This document shows positions 1-14,330 of a stretch of DNA of 64,000 bases, piece after piece. Origin of the DNA: Raillietiella orientalis (taxonomy: Eukaryota); assembly GCA_036172245.1 (NCBI GenBank), contig JAYWIR010000059.1, positions 248,001 to 312,000 on the forward strand, in the 5' to 3' direction. The stretch's first letter is position 1; the number at the start of each line of letters is the position of its first letter. The position numbers were made by a program, and so were the translations under genes. The notes beneath the pieces are model-generated. The model had not been told where the DNA came from and ran no database searches. It saw only the letters and a list, made by a program, of their open reading frames with translations.

Positions 1-399
1 CAAGGTTGAGGAAAGGGAGAATTCTATCCAACCATTCCGCGAGTGCCTCAAAGGTCCACAATTCCAAAGTTGGTTCCCAGTCTTATAAAAAATCTCCCTT
101 CGATATAAGGGAAGGTTTTGTTAGTTTATGTTTGAAAAGAAAAACGAGGGTAGCTGACTCATGCCCCTTGCAGGAAGTTGCATTTCTAAAACTGGACATT
201 CATTATTTGTTTGTAATGAACTTGAAATCAGATGGTGGGGCAGTTGCATGTACTTTGACTCCAGAACAGGATTTAGAAGCGGGCTAAACGTAATTAGATA
301 CCTAAATATTCATTCAGTACTACATGGAATGGTGATTCGTAACTTCAGAAAAATTGCCGGGTTGAGCTACGATTTTCTAGCTAGTTTGTCTCTAACTCC

Positions 400-1660
400 A
401 CCGTGTTTTCTTTCCTTTCGCAAACAAATTAAGAGGATGAGAATAATATTGCAGAATACATGCTGTGCTTTGGAGGCAGATGTGCCGAATATTTGTATGA
501 GAATGCAGAACAATCCCTTCTTGGCTCCCGCAAGAAAACTAAAATCTTGACATCTAATTCCAGGATGGAAAGAATCGAGTCTTTTGAGAGGACTCAATTC
601 TTAAGACTCTCGATGAGTTTCACCATAACTGTACTTCAGAAATGGTGACATTGGTATCGCTTTTTCCGAGGATCCGAAGTACCATACTGCTGATCATATG
701 GTTCGATCTTCTTTACCAGTAAATACATTAAGATGTGATATGAATGTGCATAGGAAGAGCACTTTCATATTTTATTTGACAACACTAAAAGAAAAAGACG
801 ATGTCTTGCATAAAGGGGGTTCCCCATCAAAATATGAGTCTGAAAAATGATTCATATAGAGATTTCCTGTTCTGCAAGTGAGCATCAATCCAAAACCATC
901 TGCAGCCTGGAGTCACTAACAGCGAATGTCAAAACTTCAGAAATGATACTGCATGTATCATGTGTCCACGACTTTCTACACCTCGGAAATAAAGAAAGTG
1001 TAGTTTATTGCATTCCATTCAGCAAATGGATGTTTCGTAAGCTCCTGCAGAGATTTTTGTCGAAACGTCTTTCCTATTTAGCATCAGAAGATAATTTGTA
1101 TTCAGATGTAGAAGTTCTCGGGAGAATTTCAGAGGTGGAAACAAAGATGCAGATACCCAAAAGTTTTTTGGCATAGCGCAATGATGGCAGCTTGCTACTC
1201 TAATTGGTATTTGCCCGTTTTCGCCATTCTTTATGAATTATTGCATTTACAGCAAAAACACAAGCATTTGTTAACAAATATTTGTAACTGTTCTTTTTCA
1301 TTAGATAAAAAACAAATCTATGTTATCCTTTCATCAGCTTTTGTTGAGGAAGGACTGCTAAAACACTTCCTATACACTGGACTTACCCACTTTTTAGTAG
1401 TTCCTTTCATGCATCTTATAACAGTTATTCTATAGGATGTTGAGTGAGTAAATCTGTTTTCTACGCACATTCACACATTAAAGGGAAAGTCGCACATTAC
1501 TGTCCGTCTGCAATAGACTGGTTTTTAGGATTAAGCATTCAAAAGCTCATTTTCGCTCCGGAAGCCCTTATTAGAGTTTTGATAAAAGGGATTTTCCAAA
1601 CTTTAAATCCTTTTCTCTGTTTGCGTGAAGTCTGGTTCAGAGTTCTCATGTGATTTTCTC
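400..1660 (-). pseudogene. Decayed C2H2 zinc-finger gene fragment
   Basis: Minus strand at ~1325-1410 reads WVSPVYRKCFSSPSSTKADERIT, where S(AGT), Y(TAT) and D(GAT) are single-base changes from the C, C and H of a C2H2 finger. Other remnants are C*IGKTFRQKSLQELTKH (~1030-1085) and LCQKTFGY (~1155-1180). Many stops and frameshifts. Confidence 0.5.
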
Positions 1661-3799
1661 ACAAGAGATCTCTGCTAATTTAGGGTTCGGAGGTAACACA
1701 TTTCACTTTTGGACGTAATGACCGGAAAACTTTTGCAATGAGAAAACCGCATTATTGCTCGCTACTTTCAGTGCTCAAAGTTTAAGCAAAATCAACCATC
1801 TTCATTAATATTTACTCACAAAAGCTCTCTCCCCGAACTCTTTCCTGGCTTCCACGTGTTGCAAAGTTACGGAGGAAACGGGAAGCCAAATAGCGGCACT
1901 GCGCTGGCGCCTAAAACAACACACGAATGGATTATAACATAGAAAGGAACATCTGCAAGCCTTGCTGTGACGGTGGCAACAGACCAGCGAGAATTAAAAT
2001 TTCGTAAAATTCTATGACTCCAGAAACGGTCAAAAATCAACGCTGGCTGTCGAGAGAAAATGTGGGGACGTAGCTATGGAATCCGCTCACTGATCCGTCA
2101 TTTCTATAACTTCGTTCCAGTGACATTTTTTTAAAACCATATTCGTCTGGATACGCGACTGACTCATCTTTCGTTTTTGTTTTGTTTGCTTTGTTTATTT
2201 TTTTTGGTTTTTCCTTCCACAGGGCATTTGCCATCTTAACGACATTAACCGGCGATTTCGTGAGTGCCACTTAAAAATTACTGACCTTGGAGGACGCTTG
2301 CAGCGCTAATTTCTCTGACTACCTAAACTCCATGTAGGGTTATTCTGCTGTACTCTGTTGCCACCTTTGGAAAAAAAAAGAACAGACACAAGATCAGTCT
2401 CTCTAGCTCTCATTTTCTTTGCTTTCAAGGATCAGAAGTAATCGGAACAGAAGCTTGTTTCCTCGCAATATTCTTCCGTCCACATAGCTTTCCATTCAGA
2501 GATGTCGACGGCCCATGAAATTTATTGACTGTTTGCAAGGTTTATCTATGTACAGACTAAGTTTATTCTTTCCAATTCTTCGGTATCAGAAACAAGTTCA
2601 TGAAGCTCTGAATCTCCTCGGCAACCCCCGATATCTCCATATCGCTTCTTCCTTGTGGTTCGACCGATGTTTTCCTCCAGAGATAATCTCACCGGATTTC
2701 GTGAGGGGTCTTTTTCGGTTTTTGGTGTCATCTTGAAGGAAGCTGCACCTCAGGTTTCAAAAAAAGGTAGGACCTTCCGCAGAAGGAAAATTTGGAGCCA
2801 TATGCTTTCTGGCTTTCTCTTTCATCCTGAAAGTGACTTCTCTCCCTTGCTGCCATTCTTGCGTTTTGTCTGCAGTTGTGGACAAATAAGCTTTCTGGTG
2901 TCTCGCCGAGTTTGATCTTTCCGATTTTCCAAGGTCAGCGCTTCCGACTTCGAAAATACTGGTCAGAAGTTTCGATTAGACATGGAGCCTAGTCATCGTT
3001 TCATCCGAGGCATGATGAACCACCAACCTCATGCTTTCAAATCTCAAGCTCATGATTAGATGATACAACTAAAAGGAACCCACGAAATCACTCAATCCAG
3101 AGTGGACGAATTGTGAGGAACATCAGGAGCACAACCACTCATCAGCCTGATGAAGCTAGTTGGGAAGAGCGTAGCCATACCAATAAAAAACGCACTTGTC
3201 CCTGTCATCCTGAAAATACTTACCTTGCGATTTGGTGACATCATCGTGACCAGCTCGCCGCGGTTTCGAAGAGATGGTCTCCTCCTTCCTGCCGAATGCA
3301 CACGGACCTCATTATCAAGACCAAACGCGAGGAGTTCACGACGCGGATGTGCAGACTTCCGAGGGAAAAGCTCTTCCAAAGCAATCGCCACAGTAACCTT
3401 CAACTTGAGTTAAACAACAGAAGCCAGGAGGGAGAACGACAAACAGATGCACACCAACAGCTTGGAGAAGTGTTCGATTTGAACTCCCGCACCGACACTT
3501 AATGTACATCATGGGCATCTCGAAACCGGTTGGTTGGATTTTAGTAAAATGCAAGCAGGTCTTTTTGATCTTTACGGAGGTCGAAGAGAGAACAGAAAAC
3601 TTCCGCAAGAAAGAACCGGACGAGCTTCCCTCATCATGGTAGCATGGGTACGAAAAACGTACAGTCTATCCCGATATGGTGGATAACATCCTGCAGAAAG
3701 AAAATCTCCATCCGTAGGGTGAAGGAAACATGCTCTGTGAGTCATGAGATACAGCCAATATGGAAGCAAAAGGCTGCGTCAGGAGGATCACAGTACTGA

Positions 3800-4450
3800 C
3801 CGCAGCATCAGAAAAGAAAACGGCGAATGTGCAGCCCTGACGAATTGTGAAGAATGTCAGGCCATTCGATGTGAGCTGCAATTTTGCTCACATCGAATCA
3901 ATGTTCAAATAGCAAGGGTTGCTGATGTGGGCCAATTCTCGAGACAGTTCCTGGAAACCCTCCAAAATCAACCCGATTCTTGTTGGTGTGTCTTCAGCTA
4001 TTTCAAAGCGGCATCTTCGGAGACAGAACGTAAGGAGTCGATTTCGAGACTCTGAGATGATGTTACTTTTACCGGAAATTCGGTAACACCATAGGTGAAT
4101 GCTATTCAAGGAGAAGATGCAAGAAAAATTACTGCGTCAGAAGAAACAGAAAAAGGGGAAGAATACTATTCAGAATTCAAACCTATTCAGAATAGAGACT
4201 GTAGAAAGAAGTTGGCCTGCGAGGTCTTAAAGAAGAGACCTCTTAAAAGCGTGAACAAGATGAGGCGCAGACACTGCAGAAAGGTAAGACTCGTAAGAAA
4301 CAACCAGTGCTGCAAAAGGGGTAGGAACATTTCAGAAGAGCGTAGATGTATTAAGCATTGAAGGAAAAAAATAATGGAAGCAAACGCTTGAAAAATGCTT
4401 AAGAAAAGAAGTCTAGCAAGAACTCGAACTGCACGTAGGGCGTAATTGTC
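3800..4450 (-). pseudogene. Decayed TAS2R-like (bitter taste receptor-like) GPCR fragment
   Basis: Minus frame 4450->4200 is strongly hydrophobic (VLARLLFLSIFQAFASIIFF...QHWLFLTSLTFLQCLRLILFTLLRGLFFK) and resembles the TAS2R TM2 and TM3 W-x-x-T-x-L-x-x-F/Y-C-x-K/R-I pattern. Downstream GFQELSRELAHI resembles the G-x-x-D-P-S-x-E-A-H loop. Interrupted by stops. Confidence 0.35.
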
Positions 4451-5449
4451 AACAAAACTGCATGCAACTCTCCAAACTTTAGGAACCCAATAAGTGAAGG
4501 GTCGGGGATTCTTCCCCGAAAGGAAGAAAGAAGGTGAAAATTTTGCTCATATCGCTACTTTCGCCCAGGGAGGCGTTGTTGCCACGGTGATGGACCAGTG
4601 AATTGCTTAGTCCATTTTCTCTTGGTGTGCTGTCGCCGTGCTTTCGACCATCCCGCTGAGGTGAACGTTCACTTGCACTGTTCACTCAAAGGGTACTTAC
4701 TGATTGCGGGTTAATTTATACCTCGCTTGTGTTGGGGGAGCATTAGAGGACACAGTCTCCCTCTCTACAAATTATACTCCCGGATAACCCATGCTTGGGG
4801 TAACCTCAAAAATGGTGTTCCTCTCTCCCAAGAGCGACTACTCTGATCTCCACCGCCTCGAAGACGCGTAGAAGACCATTGAGAATCATCACAGCTTTCT
4901 AATGCATTACAGATTCTTGCGTTTTTAGACTCAAGAAAGACAGAATGATTTAAAAGGGCTGCATCAGAGCTGGCAATAAATCTTTATAGCTTCCAATTCA
5001 TGTCCTGACTGTCTCATTTCGGTATGTTTCCTTCACTGGCCATTTACCTCTTTACGTGGGAAACTCACCGTATTAGAGATGTCGACTCGACTTAGGAAGG
5101 TAATCCCAGAAACTGCTCCCATTTCTCTTCAACGCAAAGTTCCTGCAACATCTAGCCTAATTTCAATTCCGCGGAGAGAAAATGAAAAGTAATAAGAAAC
5201 TGGGAGATTCATCGGAATTCACAATTAATTATCATCAATTTGCCATGAGATCTGTAGGCTGGAAGGATGAAGAAATACGAGGAAGCATCGAATAAATTCA
5301 AATCATTGTGAGGTTTTTTTCATTTACCAAAGGCATTTTCGCCATAACGAAAAGATTGCTTTGTACTTGTCCTTTATGCTGAGAAGAAGTGCTCTCTTTG
5401 CAGTTAGTTCTTCGATGTCAGAGTTTGTAAAGCTGAGTTGGATGATATC

Positions 5450-6060
5450 AGTTCGTCAGCAATGTAGCAGACTTTGTCGAATTCAGTGAAGTTTTTTCGA
5501 GGAAGGAATCAGCGAGTAGCATCAAGTCAATGAGATCATCAAGGATCATTGTGATCAAAACCAACAAACCGAGGTGGAAGATGAGAACGTGCAGAGTAAT
5601 GTGCCTGCCGAGAAGCACGAAACTGCCACGCGGAATGAGGTGTTTCGTCTCTGAACGAGCTCTGAGGCGCAAGAGGGAAGTCACAATGATGACCGCACCA
5701 AGACAGCAGGTTTCTGTTTCAGACCGTGGGAACACCAACTAATCTTCGTCTGCCAAAGAGGTCAATCCCGAGCCAATTGCAGTCCAGTTATATTGGGCAC
5801 ACGAAGGAAATCTCAACGGTTCCATAACAGGCCGAAAGGAGACCAGCAAGAGACCAGACCATAAGAACGGAGCTGAGGGTTGGGGTGCGCATAGATGCAC
5901 TTCAAAACTACTCCAATGAGGAACATTCTGATTTTTTTAATACTCTATTCCAATAGAAGATCGTATTCATCCAATTCCCATCCTCATCCCAGACAAATCC
6001 GACACTGTGCACGATTCTGGGTCTGAAAGCTTTTAACTTTCGTGGGACTGTTAAAAATGT
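5450..6060 (-). pseudogene. Decayed multi-pass membrane/GPCR-like fragment
   Basis: Minus-strand hydrophobic segments (VGFVWDEDGNWMNTIFYWNRVLKK; SSVLMVWSLAGLLS; HVLIFHLGLLVLITMIL) with stops. Family not assignable. Confidence 0.2.
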
Positions 6061-9000
6061 GGTTTTCCTATTAGACGTGATGCAGTCCTTCAAATCCTCA
6101 CAAGTCCTTCGCTTCGCAAATTATCCTCGACCGCTTCCGTTCCTGCCTCACTTAGTTTGAGTGTACGCGCGTCTCTGAAAATTCTCCATTCTGCACGATA
6201 TGGGAGGGAAATTCACTTCGGTTTCATTAGAATGGCACATCTTCTCAGGTACTTCGAAGGGAGATGAATGCAGACTCACGGGACTCCTATTAGATCACAA
6301 ATCTTGATAGTTTGGAAAATGGCGCCCGCAGCAACCATTCGTTTCATCCTGATTTCCTTGTTTCCTACCTGATCGCTTGGTTCTTGCTGATCTCAGTATG
6401 CGTTCCTCGCTCTCAGATGAGACTGCCTCGAGCCATCATCCAGGTTTAAGGAAAAGCAAAAATAAAATTTTCCATCACGTGCATCGTCTGCTGAGTCTGA
6501 CAACTGCTCTCCACAACCTAATCTGGTTAGAGGAAAAGTCACAGTAAATTATAAGTGCTGTTTCCGGAGTCCACGGAGACTTCGAGGAGCTGTTAAATGC
6601 TAAGTAACTGAAATTCCATTTATTCCATCTCTTGGAAATTCCAGTTTCATTCCTCACTCGCTCCTCACTGGAAAGAACACACAGATATGCGGCACCACGC
6701 ATCTCCTAGGATCGATAGCTTACCTCTACAGACACCCTTCCCTCTCCTTAAAAAAAAAAAAAGGTGTTTGAATTTGTATTTGAACTCGTTATCAGCAGTT
6801 TCTCAAGGAACCCAGGCAGTCTCGTCAACCCACCACTCTCAGTTCGATCCGTAAAGGAATCCTTCCACTCTTGTGAATTCGCTCTGAGATTTCGAGCAGT
6901 TGGATTTGGAAGAATGATTTTCCAAGCCCTGATGCCAGATCAGCACGTTTCAGGTTCTGACTACGGGGACTGCCCTCCTGTCCAGCGTCCTGGTTTTCTT
7001 AGGATGTACCGGAAATCCAGTTCTTTTCAGAATAAAATCACAGGAAGAGATTGAACTCCAGACGAATGGTTTGGAGAGATCTTCCGTGAGGACCATGATG
7101 GGTCTGCTACGGCAGTGCATCCACCCAACCATGGCTGTTTCGAAAGACAGCGTTCGAGATGTTGAATTCTGCTCTTGTGCTTTCATCTAGCTGCAGTGCA
7201 GATGGCTCTGAACCAGGGGCGAATTCCTGTTCGAGCTCTCCCATTTGCGGGAGCATCACTGAGAGGTCCTGTGTGTTTTTTTTTTTTTTAATGAAGGATC
7301 GGCAAGTATTCTTCGAGTTTGGTTTTCCCGTGAATGGAGATGAACAGAGGGTTATGTCTCTGTCTCGTTTCCCTGGAAATTGATCTACGCCCTCGCTACC
7401 GTGTTCAACGACCACAGACAAACGTGGATACACGCTCATCTCTCATGCAAAAGGAGATGATTTGTTTTCCTCTTCTTCCCATGCGGGGTCCATTTTTCTT
7501 GCAGGGATGTTTCTTGCATAAGAGAATGCTTTCGCCTGTCACTCCTGCGTGTGGACGGATCTGTCTGCATAGGGATCCACTCGGAACGGTCGTGTGCAGT
7601 GTGAATGGTTGTGAACAGAGTTTGGGCTGGCAAGCCGCAATGCCATGATGACGTTTCTGGAACGCAAAGATCCACTCCTAGCTCAGCGAATGGTCTCTAC
7701 TTATTTGGGTCCAGCTGCCAGGTAGCAACAAGGGGAAACCGTTGGCATGTAACCATGGTCGTTCTCTGGCGAGTGCCACTACCTCAGCCTCCTGTCATCA
7801 GAAAGACTGTTCTTCTTCCTGTTTGAGCCACGAAACTGCGCCTTTTGAAAAGGTGTGTTCTCCCTTTCTTCCCCATCCACCCACCTATGCAATCTAATGA
7901 GAGGTGCATTCTGTTCCTACGGAGTGGAAAAAGAGAGACTACTTCAGTGTAGACGAAAATTAAGGTGTACACGTTGAACACCCTGCGAAATTTCATTTAA
8001 AAGAAATCTGGGACAGTAGATATAACTGCAACAGTAGGGTTCCACAAAACCTGCAACTGCTCCTCATCTAATTCGATCTTAGCCAAAGGGCTGAGAATCG
8101 ATAGGTGGGGAAAATGCAAAGATAGGTGAGGAAAAAAAGCGCCGAGAATGGAAAGCTTTGGAAGGAGGAGACGCCCTCTTGTGCAGAGGAGGTAAGCCCG
8201 GCTGTCCCTTGAATTCCCTTTCTCTTCGTAGAGGAAACGGGCTAGGCCAGAGCGTGAGAAAACTGCAAAAATTTGGATCGGGGAATGGCCCTGTCAGATG
8301 GAGCCTCCTTGGCCAAGAACTTTGTAGAGCCGTCCCCCACTCCTAATCTCATTTCAAGGGATATCGTTTTGAAGTAGTGACTCTCCTATACTCGGAACTG
8401 CAGTTGTCCCTTCTAATTTTCAATTTTATTGATCCGTTCGAAGGCACCGTTTCTAGTACGCGATCAGCACAAGAGACCCGGGATTTTCTTCCAGATTTTC
8501 AATGAGAGGTGCGTGTCAGCTTAGTAGTGGTCACAGCACATTCAAACGGGATGATTCGGCAGGTGGCAAACGATTGAGGGTGCCTTCACATTCGGAGAAT
8601 CCGAATTTCGGAAACTGCAGTTTCGGAAACCGAGATGCGAAAGAGCTAAAGCTGTCGATGAACCTTCGCACGGCGGACGAGGAGCACATAAGAGAAGTAC
8701 GACGTACTTCTCACTTTCGGACGATTGGAACGATCTCACTCAGTGTCCTGTGATGCTAAACGTGATTCTGTTTCGCAAGTGCGGCACCTATGCAGACAGA
8801 CTCCCGAGGAATGGGATCTCGTCACGGATTATCCGTGCACTTTCGATCCTCCGTCGCGCCTTCTCGTGAACTCATCCGGTGATGCGCGAAGAGGTGTGGA
8901 CAGAAAGCTGCTTTCCGGCGAGTCACACTGATGGTCATTTGAACCCCACAAATCAACAGAAGAGCATATCTTTATCAGACGTGCTCGATCAGTCTCCATA

Positions 9001-11579
9001 CCCTTCGTACACACTCAGGACAGGGACGTGCATCTCAGCTATTAAACATCAATTTGTGTTAGCAAAGGTGTTTGCCTTCCATGTTTTCGGCGCGGAGAAG
9101 TTGAACTCAACGGAATTTTAGAAATTCGGGCTCAGAAAAGTCGGAAAATGAGCCGCAGCCTCTGCTTACATCTCGAAAACACCTTGAAAGATGTGCCGTG
9201 ATCATCGCCTTGTACATCTTGAAGAACGCGGACATCGAGGCATCTCTTCCTTTTTCATCTCTATTTGTTGCACAAGACTTTCGTTGCTCACGCTGCCAAC
9301 ATACGACCCTCCAAACCTGGAGCAATGGGTTCATTTTGAGACAGCTCCTGTTCATCAAAAAACGAGCAAAAGGAAGAGCATTGATGTGCCAGTGCATTAC
9401 AAACGACTTCCTTCAAGAACAGCAGATGGCTCTGTTTTTTCTTGGTCTCGGAAGAGGAGGCCAGATTCTTCTCCTGTAGCCTGAATTCGAAGTACACCTA
9501 GTGTCGCTAGCTTAAGTTAGGAAAAAGGGTGAGCTGGGTGTGTTTTAGGGAATCATCACAGAGCATCCAAACGCAAGAGAAGGCACTTGAGAAAGCAAAC
9601 AAGAAAAATGGAAATGTTTTAACCGATGAGGGAAGAAACTTGAGTGGGAAAACGAGGAGTTCGGATGTGGTTTGTGTTTATCACAGTGATCCTTGTGAAA
9701 TGACAATGGACTGCGTGCGCGCGCGCGTTTAAATCATTAAGAAGTTGAAATCATGATGCACCTGGAGCTGGTTTTCCTTTCTATCCTCTCTTGCGCAAAT
9801 CCATTTCCTCCGATTTCTCAGAATTCGCCACATGCAAATGCAATTGAAGTTCCAAGTCTTTTGCAATTAAAGACGAAGCGGAACAGGAAACAGAACGAGC
9901 AGCGGTATTTATTTGGTCGTGCATTCAGTTGCGATGCGATGATGTGAGAAGCATCTTGAATTTCAGAAAACCGTGGTCGGTGTGATGGACATCTGCAGGC
10001 GTGATGCCGGATTCAGAACGCGAACCAGACGGTTTGGAAAATCCATCGCTAAAGCATTTTCGGGATCATTTCACTTGGCATTCCGGAGTTTTGATTAATG
10101 TAAAATCCTGTTGCCATGGCCAGAATAGGTCGCATTCTTATTCTCCTTTCATACAAAAAGATCAGTCTAGTAGAAGAAGATTTGATCATAAGTGGTTATT
10201 TTCTGCTTGCGAAAAGAAAAAAAACTAAACATTTAAAAGCTCAGGACTTCCATTTCCAAGTGAAGAGTTTCAAGGATTCTATTCCAAGAGAAACGAAGCT
10301 CAGACCATGCCCAATCCGTGCATATACTCGACGAGTTCTGCATTTTACGAGATGAGAGCACATTGCTCTATACATCTATGGGAGAAAGCAGTGCTCTTGC
10401 TATTGAGACCACACAGCTTCTTAATGTCTCACTTGGATTTGAGAATAGGGTGGCCATCCTTAGATTCACTGTTCCTATTTTGCTTACTCTTGAACCCATT
10501 AGATCTCTTATTGTTTTCTGGAAAATGTTCGCTTCTACTGCTTTTTTTCCCTCCCGTTTTTTGAAACGGAACGAAGAGAGCGGTTAATTGGAACACGATG
10601 GAGTGATCATCCATTTCTTTGTGTTCTCCGTATGTTCACAATGCACGGAAGCTCTGCTATGAAGCGCTCACATGCGATCTCGTTACGATAATAAAGACGG
10701 GGAGACGAAGAGAAGGTGAAATCGATTACTTAGATGCAAATCGACCAACTCAGCCCATGTTAATTTGCTTCTTCAGCCTCCTCGGAAACTTAATTGTCAT
10801 AACAATCATTTCGCAGGGCAGTTGAAAACTTCAGAAAGAGATTGCTTTTGATTCTAGAGTGCTCTACTTCCTGCATTAGGGAAGCACCGGAGATCCCACG
10901 AAGTGTCACGCTTCATTAGAAAGGCAAGGTTTCTCAGTTTCTCCTGAACCTGACACTTCGTAAAAAGGAAGTCCAGTCGAGACTCAAGCACCATTCTTGA
11001 CTCTTTTTTGTACTCGCGACTGGGAATGATGGACACGGCGCTCAGTCCACCAAGAGATGATTTCTCCGGAGTGTCGGAAGCAGCATGCTTGTCTTTTATT
11101 AAACACAGATCTGTGTTCTACTGAGAAGTTTTCGCTTATCTCAAGCTCTCTCACCTTTAAAATCTGATCCACGGCAGTTGTCGCACTAGGAAAGGATGTC
11201 CTTCAATTATTTAGAACTTTGACTGCTTATCTGCATGTGAAGCAAAAATCAGTCCGTACCATGCCGTATATGGAATTGCATCTACACTTCGTTTCTAGTT
11301 GTGCCGTCACATTTCATCTTCCTGATGTGACGCTATTATCTGCTTCCAGATGTTGTTTGTATTGCATTGCTTCATTCTTTCTGCGTGATCCTTTATATTT
11401 TCTGCTGTTTTTTTCACTCTGGTTATTTTGCATATGTAATATGATGTACGCAGTGTATATTATCAATTACTATGAAATAGAAGCCTCAAATATATAGAAT
11501 CGAATTGCAGAAAGAATGTTAGCAACAATATTTAGAAAATGAGAAATAACCCAATAATGTTATTGCTACTACTCATCAC

Positions 11580-12180
11580 AAAGCAGGACTTATAATGGGT
11601 ATCGTAACTGATGTCATCACAGTAAAGCGATCATGAACAAAGAGAAGGGAGCATCCATGTAACTCACTAATAATCGTTAACGCACTATTTAGGATTACTT
11701 TGGAGAAGGTAACTTCCGCATCTAGTAGAGTTGAAGAGATTCTTGATGACGAAAGATCGAGTAAGCCAAACAAATTCGATCAGCCAATTAGAAGGTATGA
11801 AAAAAGGAAGAGTTTTGAAATACCAATTAAGGAACTAACGAAACCAAGTCATGGATTGCTCACTTGGCGATCCAGGGTACTTTTCTGATGAACTGAACTT
11901 CTTGAAAAAAAAAAAAAACTTCAAAAGAACTTCTTCAAAGAACTGGACTTATTGGAAGGGAATAAACGAATTTATTAAATGGCGAAGGACAGAACAAGAA
12001 AGAACAACTTTTGGAGACACAACGCAGAACTTCACACCTGATAGCACTTCGAAAGCATATGAGGCTATTAGACAGAATATTGCTTCCATAAATCTGCAAT
12101 ATGCATCACACTCTACATCTATTAAAAATGGGATGCATAAGATGAAGTACAAAGGGACCAAAAAGTGTTCCGTCTGAGGG
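11580..12180 (-). pseudogene. Decayed multi-pass membrane/GPCR-like fragment
   Basis: Minus-strand hydrophobic, Cys/Phe-rich stretches (FLVPLYFILCIPFL; YCRFMEAIFCLIASY; FTVMTSVTIPIISPAL) broken by stops and a slipped A-run. Confidence 0.2.
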
Positions 12181-13849
12181 ATAGTGCTTGACGTTACTTC
12201 AATTTTGTAATTTTTTTTTTTAACAGTACTCCCACTGGCTTGTTTCCTAAATGATTGAATTTCCTTTACAAGAAATAAAGACAAGGTTTGTCGTGAACCA
12301 TCCCAATCCAGTCATGTCTCAAATCAACGCTAGAGTTCTTTTTTGTCTTTCATAATTCTTCGAGATAAAGAAATAACGAGCGAATCAATCATCAATGGGT
12401 GGACAGCGTGATGAACACCTGACAAAGCTCAGAAACGGAACACAATACGTTAAACAGTAAAATTATGGGTTGCTGAAATTATGGAAAAGATGCAACTGAA
12501 CGGGGTGATACACAAAATGAATAGAAGAATAAACTGCCACATGTTTATGGGATGTTTAGTAACGGTAGTCGATGAATATCTTTTTCTGGTTATATAGAAA
12601 GTACTCTTGTGTTGATCTTTTCTCCAGTCACTCTCCTTCAGAGTGCATCTTGAAGAAGTGAACTTTGCACTGATCCTTATGTGAATACTTCGAGATATAT
12701 CCTAGAGGCTGGCTGACTTTCAGAACTTCCAGAAAGAATTGCATTCATCACTGCATATCCGAAGATTTGAGTATTGTAACATCTACTCTTTAGCATAAGA
12801 ACAGTGAGGGCGCACCTGTGCAAATCCTTTTCTAACTGGGCATTCAGAGTTTCTGACTTCTCACAAATCTATGACGAGTTCAATCTGTTCTTCACTTTTT
12901 TTTTTTTACCTCAAACATAACATACAAACAAAGCATGTATAAAAACGGATGCATTCTTTGCAGCAGTCGAATATTTAATAGCATTTTTAGAATACGTTAT
13001 TGCAAATGGAATATACCAGTGTATAAAATGCCAAAAAACACATGCCAAAAAAAGGCATACTGAGGCTGTTAGTAAGCATGCTTATCTTGATGAACTTCAA
13101 GTGTGCTAAGGTATTGAGCACTCAGCTCAGTATATAAGGATGCCCAGTACACGAAGTTTTCCGTTTCCCAGGTTTGTGAAGGAGGGAGTATTTCACGAAG
13201 AAGAGGTAGATAAAACAGATTTCTAAAAGAAAATACAAGGATGTAAGCAGAAACTCAATTGGTATTACAGCCAGCGTTCCTCTTGAAGGTTGGGATACCA
13301 AAAACAAACTCGCCGTCGCTTTTCCCTGATTCTCGCCGGACTCCAAACCGGCCACCTTTTTAGTGTTGTCAAGTATATAGTGTTGAACAAGAAAACATTC
13401 TGTAGTTGGCTACCGATTCCTCATGAAAATCTGGAAATTCACCTGAGATTCGTTTCTCCTTGAATGAGAAAGCAGCAGTGCAATCCATGGAGATCCAGCC
13501 ATTAGATAACTGAAATACGAAGTTCTAAGGAGTACACCCCGAATTCTAGGTTGATTTTCGATCATTCCTAAACGAGGCTTTCAGAAAAAGCAATGCAGTG
13601 CGTGGTAAACGGTTCCACCTCTTCTGATCAATGATTTCATTGCTCCATTGAAAAAAATATGCGCGGTTATTTCAAGGAAGATGGTTGAACAGCTCTGGAG
13701 GAATGTCTTGAGGCTAAAAAAAAATCCGCTCCTGAAACTCCTAAAGCATAACAATGAAAAAAAAAAAAAAGATGAGAGATATGAAATGCTACGTGTGTCT
13801 CGGTTTGCAGTGAGATATCTTGAAGGACAAAAAATGAAAAAAATTAATT

Positions 13850-14330
13850 AGCTGGAAAATCAACCGGAGCTTTAGGAGAAGAAAACAAAAACAATACAAC
13901 ATGTGTAATTAAACTAAGACATATCAGTGCAGATGTGCAGATTATCCTCAAAGACAAAACCAGGTGGTGAAGTCTTGGAATGAGTTCCTTTTTTTTCAGT
14001 TCGAGTAGGTCCAAAGAAAGCCGACTATCGGATAGGCCGTGATGAAAAACAATTATGGGGATCATTCCAAGTGGAGATACTATTCAAAAGATTCTTCTCA
14101 AAGAAAAGAGGCTGTAAGGAAAACAATGAACAGCTTTCTTGTTTTAATCTGCATCGAAGATGTGCACAAGAAACTCACAGGTATGGCACAAATGCACTCT
14201 GCTTTGGGGTGCTTAAAAATTCTCCACTGTTCTGCCAAGGTCCATAGAAATTCATGGCTCACCGAATCCCTTCCTTTCTCTGCTAGCAAATGGCTTCCAT
14301 TTTTCGATCTTCTCGCCCTCATCATTCTTG
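13850..14330 (-). pseudogene. Decayed rhodopsin-family GPCR-like fragment
   Basis: Minus strand KLFIVFLTASFL, then IPIIVF...LKKK...LVLSLRIICTSALICLSLITHVVLFLF, resembling a TM5-IL3-TM6 layout. Confidence 0.2.
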
